DNA of 64,000 nucleotides from Candidatus Binatia bacterium (GTDB lineage: Bacteria; Desulfobacterota; Binatia; UBA12015): the NCBI GenBank assembly GCA_019749875.1, contig JAIEPK010000091.1:14398-78397 (forward strand), written 5' to 3'. Position numbers and translations under genes: made by a program. This document shows, piece by piece, positions 44,164-53,408 of this stretch. Positions within the stretch are counted from its first letter, which is position 1. The number at the start of each line of letters is the position of its first letter. The notes under the pieces were generated by a model that saw nothing but the letters and a program-made list of their open reading frames with translations, had not been told where the DNA came from and did not search any database.

Positions 44164-44395
44164 GCCGCGACAGTTCGCGCACACGCTCGGCGAGCTGTGC
44201 GCCAAGGGCGAGTTCCAGACGACTGGCCTCCTGACCAGTCAATGCGACGCCGCGGTCGAGCACGCCATCGAGCTTCGCTTCGTCTCCAACGCGGACCTGG
44301 ACGACGCCCTGCGGCGCCTCGTGCCCGAGGAACTGAGTGCGGACGTCTACTCGATCGACCTGCGCGTGCTGCTGCGGGTCAAGGCGCACCGATGA
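44153..44395 (+). CDS. Small phage protein (80 aa)
   Basis: Table ORF. Coupled start and stop. Confidence 0.4.
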   Translation: MTSEPRQFAHTLGELCAKGEFQTTGLLTSQCDAAVEHAIELRFVSNADLDDALRRLVPEELSADVYSIDLRVLLRVKAHR

Positions 44396-44631
44396 ATGGC
44401 CCCCGGTGGTGGACCGGCCCGCTCGCGCTGCTGGCGCTGTGCGGTGCGATGATCCTGATGGCGCTGCTCGCCGGCTGCGACACGCGCCAGGCCGATGCCG
44501 GCGACCCGCTGCCGATCGTCGCGACCAGCAACCGCGGCGAACTCTACCGCGTGCGCGACGGCAACGTGACGTGCTGGTTCACGATCAACTCCTACGGCAG
44601 CGCCATCTCGTGCCTGAGGGACGCGCCGTGA
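44392..44631 (+). CDS. Putative lipoprotein (79 aa)
   Basis: Signal plus lipobox ...MALLAGC. ATGA-coupled. Confidence 0.4.
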   Translation: MNGPRWWTGPLALLALCGAMILMALLAGCDTRQADAGDPLPIVATSNRGELYRVRDGNVTCWFTINSYGSAISCLRDAP

Positions 44632-44879
44632 GGGGCCTCGCGGAGGCCATCGACGCCTTCATCGACTTCGGCATGACGGCGATCATCCGCACCGCCGCGT
44701 TCCTCCTGGTGTGCGCGTTCTTCGGTGGCATCGTGCCGGGCCTCGCGGCTCTGCTGTCTGGCTGCGACGATCGCCCGTGCGTCCGCTCCCACACGGAACA
44801 GGCGTGGTTCAGCACCGGCGTCGCAGGCTTCTTCGCCGACATCCAGGTCTGCGACGAGTACGCCCCGGAGGCGCCGTGA
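44628..44879 (+). CDS. Small membrane protein (83 aa)
   Basis: GTGA-coupled. TAAFLLVCAFFGGIVPGLAALLSGC hydrophobic stretch. Confidence 0.35.
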   Translation: MRGLAEAIDAFIDFGMTAIIRTAAFLLVCAFFGGIVPGLAALLSGCDDRPCVRSHTEQAWFSTGVAGFFADIQVCDEYAPEAP

Positions 44880-45163
44880 CCGTCAAGCTGGTCATCTCGA
44901 AACCGGCCCCGTGCAAGGGCTGCGGCCACCGCCTGCACCGAGGCGAGTGCCGGCACAGGTTCCCGTGGTGGCTCCGCGTGCTGAAGGTTCTCCACCTGGT
45001 GCGGAGGAGTATCGCGATGCGGAGACCTCCCGCGCGCTCGCTGTGGTCGTTCTGGGCGCGGCCCGTGTGCGGTTGCTACCTGTGGGACTCGCGACGTGTC
45101 TACGACTGGCAACGGCAGCACGTCATCGCGCGCCGCGCCGCGCGGCGGAGGAGCCGTCGATGA
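44876..45163 (+). CDS. Small Cys-containing phage protein (95 aa)
   Basis: GTGA-coupled. CKGCGHRLHRGECRH. Confidence 0.35.
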   Translation: MTVKLVISKPAPCKGCGHRLHRGECRHRFPWWLRVLKVLHLVRRSIAMRRPPARSLWSFWARPVCGCYLWDSRRVYDWQRQHVIARRAARRRSRR

Positions 45164-45576
45164 CCTGGCCGCTCGCCTGTGTCGGCGTCGTGCTCGCGAT
45201 GCTCGCCCTGCGCTTCGGCGCCCTGCTGCGCGACGCGTGGCGCGGGCCGCGGTGGGACTTCACGCCGAGCGAGTTCTTCGAGGTCGTCTTCGCGCCGAAC
45301 GACTGGCGCTGGCACCACGACTACTCGATAGACGCCCTGCGGCGCGCGTTCGCGATCCCGCGCCACATGCTCGAGCCGAAGCCGCGGCTCGTCTACTCGT
45401 GGCACGAGATGCCGGTCGTCGACTGGCCGGAGCCCGAGCCTGAGCCACCGAGGAGCTCGCTGTTCGACACCTGGACGCCGCCCTTCTTCGGTGACCGTCT
45501 GCTGATCGAGTGGGAGCGGCGCGAGAAGAGCCTGCCGCGACTGCTGTCGTTCGTTCTCCCGATGGGGTGGCGGTGA
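45160..45576 (+). CDS. Hypothetical phage protein (138 aa) with an N-terminal TM segment
   Basis: ATGA-coupled ATG at 45160. Confidence 0.4.
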   Translation: MTWPLACVGVVLAMLALRFGALLRDAWRGPRWDFTPSEFFEVVFAPNDWRWHHDYSIDALRRAFAIPRHMLEPKPRLVYSWHEMPVVDWPEPEPEPPRSSLFDTWTPPFFGDRLLIEWERREKSLPRLLSFVLPMGWR

Positions 45577-46175
45577 GCATCGCGGTCGTTCTGCCGCTCG
45601 ACGCGTCGACGACGGTCGAGCAGTACCGCCGGTCGCTCAAGACCTTCCTCGCGCAGACGATGTGCCCACGAGCGCTGGTCGTCCTCGAGCGCGGCATCTC
45701 CGAGGACCTGGACGTCGAGGTGTCGACGAGCGCATGGCCGCTGCGCGGGCACCCCGGTGTGTTCTTCTTCCGCCCGGTCGCGAGGCCGGACGACATGACG
45801 GCGGTCTACCGCGCCGGCGCGCAGGTAAACGCCGAGGTGCTCACCTGCTGGGAGCCGGGCGAGGAGTTCCACCGCGACACGCTGGGACACCTCTGGGTCG
45901 AGCAGAACAACGGCTGCGCCTCCGTCGTCTACGCGGAGGACGAGCGAATCTGGGCCGCGTGCCACCGGCAGTGGTTCGAGCTCGGGCCCGTTTTCCCGAC
46001 GGCGCGCAAGATCCGCGCGGCGCTCCTCGTGCACGGCCACCTCATCAGGCGCATCGCCCCGGTTCGGGACTACACGCCGGACCCAGGTGCTACACCACGC
46101 GCTCGCGAACGCTCTCCATCCACTCGACGATCGCGTCCTCGATCGTCTCCCTCGTCGCCCTCGCGACTGGCATGA
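45573..46175 (+). CDS. Possible GT-A (family 2-like) glycosyltransferase fragment or hypothetical; 3' extent uncertain
   Basis: VSIAVVLPLDASTTVEQYRRSLKTFLAQT resembles the GT2 N-terminus. The last ~85 nt overlap a convergent minus-strand gene. Confidence 0.35.
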   Translation: MSIAVVLPLDASTTVEQYRRSLKTFLAQTMCPRALVVLERGISEDLDVEVSTSAWPLRGHPGVFFFRPVARPDDMTAVYRAGAQVNAEVLTCWEPGEEFHRDTLGHLWVEQNNGCASVVYAEDERIWAACHRQWFELGPVFPTARKIRAALLVHGHLIRRIAPVRDYTPDPGATPRARERSPSTRRSRPRSSPSSPSRLA

Positions 46176-46524
46176 GAGTCGTCCAGCGCTCGGAGAATCC
46201 GACCGAGACCCAGTCGTTCTCTTCGAGGACCACGCTGTTCGACCCGTCCTCGGTCGTCTCGTTGCGGATCGTCAGCTTCGGGCTGCTCCGGGCGCGGTGC
46301 GGCTCGAACGTGACGACGATCGTTGCCTGTTCGTGATCCGTCTCGCAGGAGACCTCCGCGCCGCTGCCACGGAGCTGGTCCGCAATGCGATCAGCCGCTG
46401 ACCGCGCATCGACGTAGGCACCATGTCGGTACTCGTCGTCGTGTCGCCGTTCGAGTTCGTCGCGAACCGCGCGCCTCATCGCCTCTCTCTTCAGGGCTGC
46501 CTTCAGGTCGTCGAGCTTGCTCAT
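46090..46524 (-). CDS. Hypothetical protein (144 aa), the only clearly minus-strand gene inside the prophage
   Basis: AAGGGAGAAG RBS 9 nt before ATG at 46524. Good codon bias. Confidence 0.55.
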   Translation of the reverse strand: MSKLDDLKAALKREAMRRAVRDELERRHDDEYRHGAYVDARSAADRIADQLRGSGAEVSCETDHEQATIVVTFEPHRARSSPKLTIRNETTEDGSNSVVLEENDWVSVGFSERWTTLMPVARATRETIEDAIVEWMESVRERVV

Positions 46525-46688
46525 CGGTGGGCTTCTCCCTTCTGCTCGCGCCCGTTACCCGCCCCACCGCGCGGGTGCAATGTCTCCCCGCCTTCCACTT
46601 GAACCCGACGCGCCTAACCTCGGGTCGTGGTCGGGGGTGGTGGTGTTGGCAGCGGCGGGGTCGGGAGTCTCGGCCCCGCCGCTCGTGT

Positions 46689-46760
46689 GGACGAGGTAGC
46701 GCAGCCTGGGAGCGCACCGGCGCCGAGCCGGAGGTCGCGGGTTCAAATCCCGCCCTCGTC
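46689..46760 (+). tRNA. tRNA-like gene with canonical acceptor, D- and T-arms but an atypical anticodon arm (possibly Arg-CCG)
   Basis: Acceptor GACGAGG/CCTCGTC, D-arm GCGC-AGCCTGGGA-GCGC, T-arm GCGGG-TTCAAAT-CCCGC. Anticodon region CCGG-CGCCGAG-CCGG gives either a 4-bp stem with G at position 33 or a 5-bp stem with a 5-nt loop. Confidence 0.45.
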
Positions 46761-46774
46761 CGTTCTCTGACGGT

Positions 46775-47302
46775 GTGCCGACCCGACGCCCATCGTTCAC
46801 GGCGGGCCGATCGCGGCACGCGAGCTTCACGCCGACGGGCGTCCGCCACCTGCGCTTCGCCTTCGAGCGCAGCGCGCATGGGCGCTTCGACTACGAGACC
46901 GACCCGACCTTCACGGTCCCCGGAGGGAACCTCGACTTGCTGAGCGGCGCGACACTCTCTGAGGTGGGCTTCGGTGCGCTCGTCTACTGCGGCACCGCCT
47001 ACTGCCGGCCGTCCGACTCGGAGGACGAGGTGCAGTTTGCGCTCCCCGCGGGCACCGTCAAGCGCCTCTACGTCCGCTGCTATCCGGCGCCCGGCTTCGG
47101 AGAGAGCTTCGCGTGCACGTTCCGCGTCGACAAGGCCGACACCCTGATCGCCGCGACCATCAGCGGCAATGGCCGCAACGCCGCATCGAACGTGAGCAAC
47201 ACCGTCACGACGACGGCCGGCCAGGCGGGCAGCGTCAAGATCACGCCCAGCTCCGGCGCGGCGTGGTCCTACCTGACCTGGACCCTCGAGATCGACCGAT
47301 GA
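46775..47302 (+). CDS. Hypothetical protein (up to 175 aa)
   Basis: Table ORF just after the tRNA-like gene. Start uncertain. Confidence 0.4.
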   Translation: MPTRRPSFTAGRSRHASFTPTGVRHLRFAFERSAHGRFDYETDPTFTVPGGNLDLLSGATLSEVGFGALVYCGTAYCRPSDSEDEVQFALPAGTVKRLYVRCYPAPGFGESFACTFRVDKADTLIAATISGNGRNAASNVSNTVTTTAGQAGSVKITPSSGAAWSYLTWTLEIDR

Positions 47303-47432
47303 TGGGGCCGGACGCCGACGTCGGGTCGGCACGCGGCTGTAGACCGCGCGTCTTCGGACACGGGGGGTTCGACTCCCTCCCGCCCCACTCTTTCCCGCCC
47401 CCCGATCCCAACGAAACCCTCGGGGGTGTCAG

Positions 47433-48290
47433 GTGAAGAAGGTCAAGCGTCTCCTCGCGCGGTCGGTGATCGCGCTCCTGCTCGCGATCGGCGTCCTGCA
47501 GGTCAGCATCCAGCCCGCGCTCGCGCAGAAGGCCGGCCCCGGCGAGCCGTTCCGCTTCCGCGGCGGCCTCGCGTACTTCGGCCCGACCGACTCGGACACG
47601 CTCCGATCGCGCGTCACCGATGCGACCGGCTCCGGTGGGGGTCTGGTGTTCGCGACCGGCCCGACCATCTCGGGGGGCACGTTCTCCAACCCCACCATGA
47701 CCGGCACCGTCACCGTGCCGGATGGCTTCCTCGCGTCCATCGCGAAGTTCGCCTCGGGCATCCTGTCTGGCAACGGCTCGAAGCTCGCGACCGTCACCGG
47801 CGCGCAGACCGCCGGCAAGCAGCTCACCTACGACGCATCGGGAAACGTCATCGTCTCGTCCTACGACGTCGGCGCCGCGGGCACCGGTAAGCAGATCCTG
47901 TCGTTCTCGAGCCAAACCGTCCTTCCCTTCGCGGACTCCGGCTCGACGAACTACCTCGGCCTCGGCGGCAAGGTCGGCGCTTCGGGAGATGAGGTCTGGG
48001 TCCGCGCACCGCTCAGCGGCGGCACCGCGTCGAAGCTCCGCTGTTTCGCGACCGGCTCGACCGGTGGCTCGGGCGCGGTCGTTACGCTCGGGTCCGGTGC
48101 GTGCGGAAGCCCGCTCACCTACCCCGGCAGCGGCCAGGTCACGGTCACCGTCACCTCGACAACGGCTGTCTCCGACACCTCGCAAACCCACTCCGTGACG
48201 GATGGACATTGCGTCGCCCTGAAGGTTGTGTGGACCGACACGACCACCGACCAGGGCCTCAACTGCACCCTCGAGTACGCTCTGAGCTGA
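47433..48290 (+). CDS. Secreted Gly/Ser/Thr-rich protein (Sec signal peptide)
   Basis: GTG with upstream GGGGGTG. Signal MKKVKRLLARSVIALLLAIGVLQVSIQPALAQ. Repetitive G/S/T-rich beta-like sequence. Confidence 0.55.
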   Translation: MKKVKRLLARSVIALLLAIGVLQVSIQPALAQKAGPGEPFRFRGGLAYFGPTDSDTLRSRVTDATGSGGGLVFATGPTISGGTFSNPTMTGTVTVPDGFLASIAKFASGILSGNGSKLATVTGAQTAGKQLTYDASGNVIVSSYDVGAAGTGKQILSFSSQTVLPFADSGSTNYLGLGGKVGASGDEVWVRAPLSGGTASKLRCFATGSTGGSGAVVTLGSGACGSPLTYPGSGQVTVTVTSTTAVSDTSQTHSVTDGHCVALKVVWTDTTTDQGLNCTLEYALS

Positions 48291-48298
48291 GGAGCACC

Positions 48299-51235
48299 AT
48301 GAACCATCGTACCACCCCACGGGCCCTCGCCATCCTGGTTGGCCTGACGGCACTCCTGTCTCTCTCGCCGGAGGCGCACGCGCAGCGCAGTAGCGGCGTC
48401 GCGCGCTTCCGGGGCGGCATGATCTCGTTCGCTTGCGCCGCCGGCAAGCTGCTGGGCGTCAACTCGAGCGGCTATGCCGCATGCCGCCAAGCTGGCAACG
48501 CGCTGGTCGCTGAGGACATCGGGCTCCACTGCGACCAGAGCGCCAATGACACGTCGACGATTCGGTCGGCGATCGAGGGCGGAACCGCCGCGGGCAAGAC
48601 GCTCCGGTTGCCGTCCGGGTGCAAGAGCCTACTGGGCACGCCGGGCGCGGGCGACTCGGTAGCCGACCTGATGACCGACACCGTCATCGAGTGCGAGGAC
48701 CACTCCGCCGGCTTCGTGCTGGCGACCAAGACCTGCTCGTCAGGTAGCGACACGCCGGGCGCAGCATGCACGGCGGACAACCAGTGTCGGAATGGGACGT
48801 GCCAGGGCGACGTGACCGGCGACGCGTTCGCTCCCAGCTCGGGCAGCACGTACACCGTCTTCGGCGCGGCGTCCGGCGCGCAGCGCGTCGCCGTCAAGGG
48901 CTGCTCGATCTGGGCGAACGGCGCCAATGGCATTCCCGCCGCGGTCGGCGGCAACGACAAGCGGTGGGGCTACTGCAACGGCGCGGGCTCGAGCACCGCC
49001 GGACAGGGCTGCTTCTCGGGGTGTAACGTCGCGTCGGGCGTCCTGTACGGCCTGCCCTGCACCAGCGATGCCTCGTGCGGAGCTGGTGCGTGCGTGGACC
49101 TCGCTGGGAGCTGCAAGACGAACGGCGGCACGTGCCTGGGGGCGATTCCGTACGCGACGCCCTGGGGCGCGTCGGGTCGCGGCAAGATCCACCCCATCGA
49201 CTTCTCGGCCGGCTCCAGCGACGCCATCCGGAGCGTCAAGATCTGGGACCACCGCCGAGGAGACTTCTCCGTCAAGTCGGGGAACTCCGGCTCGATCGCC
49301 GACGTCACGAACAATCTCGCGTCGGCCATGGCGACACCGCCGATCGCCAACTTCCCCCACGGGCCCAAGCTCCAGGCGAGCGTCAACTACGGGATCTACG
49401 GCACTTACGGAACCAGCATCGAGCGGTTCGACGTCAGCGGGTGGGATGCGGCGGTCTACGCAGCCGGCCGGAACACGGTCCTGGGGGGCTCGGGCTCCGG
49501 GTATGGCGACCCCGCCGAGTCGACGTGGAACGGCACCGCCGGCATCGAGATCGCCGGCAGCTACGTCCGCTCGTACGGCTTCGTGGGCGGGCCAGGCTTG
49601 CTCAACTGCGTCCGTCCAAAGTTCGGACTGGGATACAACTTCCTCGTCTCGTCGCCCTACTGCGACTCGCACATCGGGGCGAAGTTCATCGCTCAGGATG
49701 CGGGCAACCAGTACGCCGACCTCCGGGGTGCGTGGGGCAGCATCGCGAGCGTGATGAGCCTCGGCGACCAGCGAGGGCGTTGCCCAACCGGAACCCCGCG
49801 CGCCAACAAGCTCTGCATCTTCGGAGCCGGCACCGACGCGACGATCGGGTGCCCCTCGTCGGCGTGCGCGGCGCACAACGACTTCCCGGCCACGGGCGTC
49901 ACCCACCTGGAGGTCGGTGGCACAACCCTTCTCCACACCGATCAGGCGAACGCCGCGCTGATCCGGGCGACCGACAGCAAGCGCTGCGCTGATGGCACCG
50001 GAACCATCGGCGGCCCCTGCACCGCGGACGCCGACTGCGGGACGGGCGGCAAGTGCCGCTTCCTCCGGTACTCCGACGTGTCGATCAAGGCCGAGCTGTA
50101 CGTCGGGGGGACGACGGGCGTCACCGGAGTGGACCTCTCGACGTCGAGCGTCGGCCAGGCGATCGACTCGCCGCTCGTGGGTGGAGGGCCGTCGATCGAG
50201 GTGTGGGACCTCGACCTGAGCTTCGGCAAGCTCGCGGTCGGCGTCAAGTTCCCGACCGCCACTCGCCGGTGCGTCGGTGGGGCGAGCGCCGGCAACACCT
50301 GCTCGGCGCACACCGACTGCACGGGCGGCGGCAGCTGCGAGCTGCCCGTCAAGAACTTCGTGATCCGCGGCAATGCGGGCGCCGTCACCACGCCGCTCCA
50401 GGGCTGGGACTGGGGCTTCGGCGACTACTCCGGCCTGTCCGGGCTGCTCCCGAGCGACGACCAGTGCAAGCCGATCAACTACGTGGCGGGCGAGGCGCTC
50501 ACCCGTGGCCAGGTCGTGTCGGCCTCGTCCTCGACGGACAACGCCGTCGTCAAGACCACCACGGGTAATCCTGAGCGTGCTCTCGGCGTCGCGCTCGGCG
50601 ACACGATCAGCGGCGACACCGTCAAGGTCTGCTCGCTGGGCGTCGCCGCGTGCATCGCGGACGAGGCGATCAGCAACGGCGCGGCGCTCACGCCGTCGAC
50701 CTCGACCTCCGGCCGGGTCAAGACGTGGTCGACGGGGGACGTCATCGTCGGTCGAGCCTTGGACAGTCCCGGCTCCGCGGGAACGGTCTTCGACTGCGCG
50801 ATCGGTCCCGTTCCGCCGACGCAGGGATCGACGTCGGTGTTCCCGAAGTTCGACTCGGACCGCCTAGCCACGAGCCAGGGCTTCACGTCGTCGTGTGCGA
50901 CGACGCAATTGCTCAACGCGAAGACCTACACCGCGACCAGCGGGAAGAAGATCCGGCTCGAATCGTACGTTCCCGTCAATCAGACGACGAGCGCCACCCG
51001 CACCGCAACGATCTACCTGAAGCGCGGCGGCTCGGGCTGCGACTCGGGCTCGCCGACTATCCTCGCGCAGGCCGACACCGCGCTCACGTCGGCGCAGAAC
51101 AAGATCAACGCCTCCCTGTCGTACACCGACACGGGACAGAGCGGCTCCGTCACGTACCGCGTGTGCGCGTGCTCGAACGGCGCGGGAACGCAGGCCGATG
51201 CCGGCTCGGTGCTGAACATCACCGAGACGAACTGA
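48299..51235 (+). CDS. Large secreted Cys-rich repeat protein (978 aa) with four C-x2-D-x2-C-x-x-G-x-C modules
   Basis: GAGGAG RBS then ATG at 48299. Signal MNHRTTPRALAILVGLTALLSLSPEAHA. Modules ACTADNQCRNGTCQG, PCTSDASCGAGACVD, PCTADADCGTGGKCRF, TCSAHTDCTGGGSCEL. Table ORF starts upstream at 48101. Confidence 0.6.
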   Translation: MNHRTTPRALAILVGLTALLSLSPEAHAQRSSGVARFRGGMISFACAAGKLLGVNSSGYAACRQAGNALVAEDIGLHCDQSANDTSTIRSAIEGGTAAGKTLRLPSGCKSLLGTPGAGDSVADLMTDTVIECEDHSAGFVLATKTCSSGSDTPGAACTADNQCRNGTCQGDVTGDAFAPSSGSTYTVFGAASGAQRVAVKGCSIWANGANGIPAAVGGNDKRWGYCNGAGSSTAGQGCFSGCNVASGVLYGLPCTSDASCGAGACVDLAGSCKTNGGTCLGAIPYATPWGASGRGKIHPIDFSAGSSDAIRSVKIWDHRRGDFSVKSGNSGSIADVTNNLASAMATPPIANFPHGPKLQASVNYGIYGTYGTSIERFDVSGWDAAVYAAGRNTVLGGSGSGYGDPAESTWNGTAGIEIAGSYVRSYGFVGGPGLLNCVRPKFGLGYNFLVSSPYCDSHIGAKFIAQDAGNQYADLRGAWGSIASVMSLGDQRGRCPTGTPRANKLCIFGAGTDATIGCPSSACAAHNDFPATGVTHLEVGGTTLLHTDQANAALIRATDSKRCADGTGTIGGPCTADADCGTGGKCRFLRYSDVSIKAELYVGGTTGVTGVDLSTSSVGQAIDSPLVGGGPSIEVWDLDLSFGKLAVGVKFPTATRRCVGGASAGNTCSAHTDCTGGGSCELPVKNFVIRGNAGAVTTPLQGWDWGFGDYSGLSGLLPSDDQCKPINYVAGEALTRGQVVSASSSTDNAVVKTTTGNPERALGVALGDTISGDTVKVCSLGVAACIADEAISNGAALTPSTSTSGRVKTWSTGDVIVGRALDSPGSAGTVFDCAIGPVPPTQGSTSVFPKFDSDRLATSQGFTSSCATTQLLNAKTYTATSGKKIRLESYVPVNQTTSATRTATIYLKRGGSGCDSGSPTILAQADTALTSAQNKINASLSYTDTGQSGSVTYRVCACSNGAGTQADAGSVLNITETN

Positions 51236-51310
51236 CCTCGCCCCCGGTCCCATGTCCCCGCGACGGCCTCGGCCGTCAAGCAGTGCCGGCACCCCGGCAC
51301 GGAGACGAGA

Positions 51311-51754
51311 ATGGGACTCAGGAAGTTCGTGCTGGTGCTTCTGGCACTGGCGGTCGCGCTGTACGTGGGGACCGGCGATGCGCTCGCCGTCAAGGCCGAT
51401 CTCAAGACCGGCACCTCGCTGAGCTCAGCCACGAGCACGGCCGTGGTCCCGGCGAACAGCCGGCGCATCAAGCTCACGATCCTCAACCTCGCCGCGACCA
51501 ACCCGATGACGTGCACCACGCTCGGTACTGCGACGGCCACGAACGGCTTCGTCATTCCGGCGTCCGGCTCGAAGGTGTTCGACACCAAGGCCGAGGCGAA
51601 GCGTGCATTCAAGTGCTTCAGCACGTCGGGTACCACCGCCGGCTACGACGAGGTGGTCGACGACGACTTCGCGCTGACGGCGCCGACGCCGACGCCGATC
51701 GCCACCCCGACCCCGACGCCGATCGCCACCCCGACCCCGACCCCGACTCCGTAA
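51311..51754 (+). CDS. Small secreted protein ending in a (TPTPIA)n Thr-Pro repeat
   Basis: Signal MGLRKFVLVLLALAVALYVGTGDALA. C-terminus TAPTPTPIATPTPTPIATPTPTPTP followed by stop. Confidence 0.5.
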   Translation: MGLRKFVLVLLALAVALYVGTGDALAVKADLKTGTSLSSATSTAVVPANSRRIKLTILNLAATNPMTCTTLGTATATNGFVIPASGSKVFDTKAEAKRAFKCFSTSGTTAGYDEVVDDDFALTAPTPTPIATPTPTPIATPTPTPTP

Positions 51755-51808
51755 GCGGGTCACGCCCCTCGCCCCTCTTCCCCGCCCCTCCGACCAAGGG
51801 AAGACGCG

Positions 51809-52771
51809 ATGGACACGACCTTCGAGCGATACACCGCGGGCGAGACTGCGGAATACGGCGGCGTCCTGCGCTACCCTCCCGCTGCGGGGGATGACGAGGG
51901 TGACCCGATCCCAAAGAGCGACATCGCGAAGCTCGAGGTGACGCTCACCAACGCCGCCGACGGGCAGATCGTGAACGGCAGAGAGGCGCAGAGCCTGCTC
52001 GACGCGAACGACGGACAGGTGAATGACACCTCGGGCGGGTTCCGCTGGAAGATCCAGCGCGCCGACACGGACCACGTCGGCGAAGGCTTCGACTTCGAGG
52101 AGCACGACGCCGACTTCGTGCTCGAAACGGTCTCCGGCCACCGACTGACGTGGCGGCACCGGATGCATTGCAGTCGCGTCGCGCCGCTCTGCGCGTGGAC
52201 CGACGTGCTCCTGTCGAAAGCCGACCTAGATCCGGGGGAGCGGCTCTGGGTCGAGCTGCTGATCGGTGCCGCGACGCGCACGGCTGAGGAGATCGCCCGG
52301 CGATCGCTGCGTGGCGGCTACACCGAGGCGCATCCCGTCACCGAGGTCCACTCCGTGCGCCGCGGCCAGCGCAGCATTCGCGTGCGGCACTGGCCGGTGA
52401 CCAAGATCGTCTCCGTCAAGGACTCGCTCACCGGAGACTTCGAGCACGCGGCGCCGCTCTCCGTGACGTCTTACGCCATGTCGACCCCCGAGACGCTCCG
52501 CCTGCGAGACGACGTGACCGGGTTCCAGGGCGGGCCCGGCACGGTCGAGCTGAAGCTCGCCGGCGGCTTTGCGCGCAGCGCAGGCGCCGTCCCCGAGCAC
52601 ATCCGCGTCGCGACCATCCGCCAGGTCATCCACTGGCTCGACACCTCTGGCTCGCCGGCTGCGACGGGCCGCTCGGTGGGCAGCATGTCGTCGAGCTACG
52701 CAGCGCCGAGCGCGTTGCTGCCCGAGGTGGCGGCCGCGTACCGGACCCTGCGCAGCCGGATCCCGCTCTGA
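51809..52771 (+). CDS. Hypothetical phage protein (320 aa), possibly head-tail connector/adaptor by position
   Basis: First gene of the tail-proximal block. No recognisable motif. Confidence 0.4.
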   Translation: MDTTFERYTAGETAEYGGVLRYPPAAGDDEGDPIPKSDIAKLEVTLTNAADGQIVNGREAQSLLDANDGQVNDTSGGFRWKIQRADTDHVGEGFDFEEHDADFVLETVSGHRLTWRHRMHCSRVAPLCAWTDVLLSKADLDPGERLWVELLIGAATRTAEEIARRSLRGGYTEAHPVTEVHSVRRGQRSIRVRHWPVTKIVSVKDSLTGDFEHAAPLSVTSYAMSTPETLRLRDDVTGFQGGPGTVELKLAGGFARSAGAVPEHIRVATIRQVIHWLDTSGSPAATGRSVGSMSSSYAAPSALLPEVAAAYRTLRSRIPL

Positions 52772-52772
52772 G

Positions 52773-53408
52773 ATGGCGGCGGGACTCAAGATCGACGCGC
52801 AGCAGGTCGCGGACCGCTTCGCTGGCGTGAAGGAACGCCTCGAGCGGAGCCGCGCGAAGGCGCTCAACGAGGCGGGCAAGTACCTCGTCGGACAGATCGT
52901 CCGGCCGATGCGCAAGGGCTACCTGCAGCTCACCGGCCGCCTCAAGAGTTCCATCGGCCACGAGGTGCAGGGTAACCGGCTCGACGTCGGAGTGGTGCGC
53001 CCGGTCGCCGGCGACGTGCTGCGCTACGCGGGCATTCAGCACGAGGGTGGCACCATCACGGGCAAGCCGTTCCTCGCGATCCCGCTCGACTACCCCGGCA
53101 ACCCGATCTTCACTAAGGCGGGCGTTTCCGCCGTGAAGGCGAGCTTCGTGCGGGACAACCCTGGGCAGTTCGGCCTCAAGGGCACGTTCGCCGCGAAGGG
53201 CGTGATCTTCGGTGTGCCGGCGAACGCCGTCGGCAAGCGGCGCAAGGGCCTGGGCGGCTTCAAGGGCTGGAACATCATCGCGCTCTTCGCGCTCAAGCGC
53301 TCCGTCACGATCCGCGCGAAGCGCTACGTGGTCGGTCCCGTTACGGAGAACGTCGGACGCGTGCGCGATTACATCGCGCGCGCCGTCAAGGAGGCTCTCG
53401 GTGGCTAA
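52773..53408 (+). CDS. HK97 gp10-like tail-component / neck protein
   Basis: ...GRLKSSIGHEVQGNRLDVGVV...RYAGIQHEGG... resembles the HK97 gp10 family. Confidence 0.5.
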   Translation: MAAGLKIDAQQVADRFAGVKERLERSRAKALNEAGKYLVGQIVRPMRKGYLQLTGRLKSSIGHEVQGNRLDVGVVRPVAGDVLRYAGIQHEGGTITGKPFLAIPLDYPGNPIFTKAGVSAVKASFVRDNPGQFGLKGTFAAKGVIFGVPANAVGKRRKGLGGFKGWNIIALFALKRSVTIRAKRYVVGPVTENVGRVRDYIARAVKEALGG

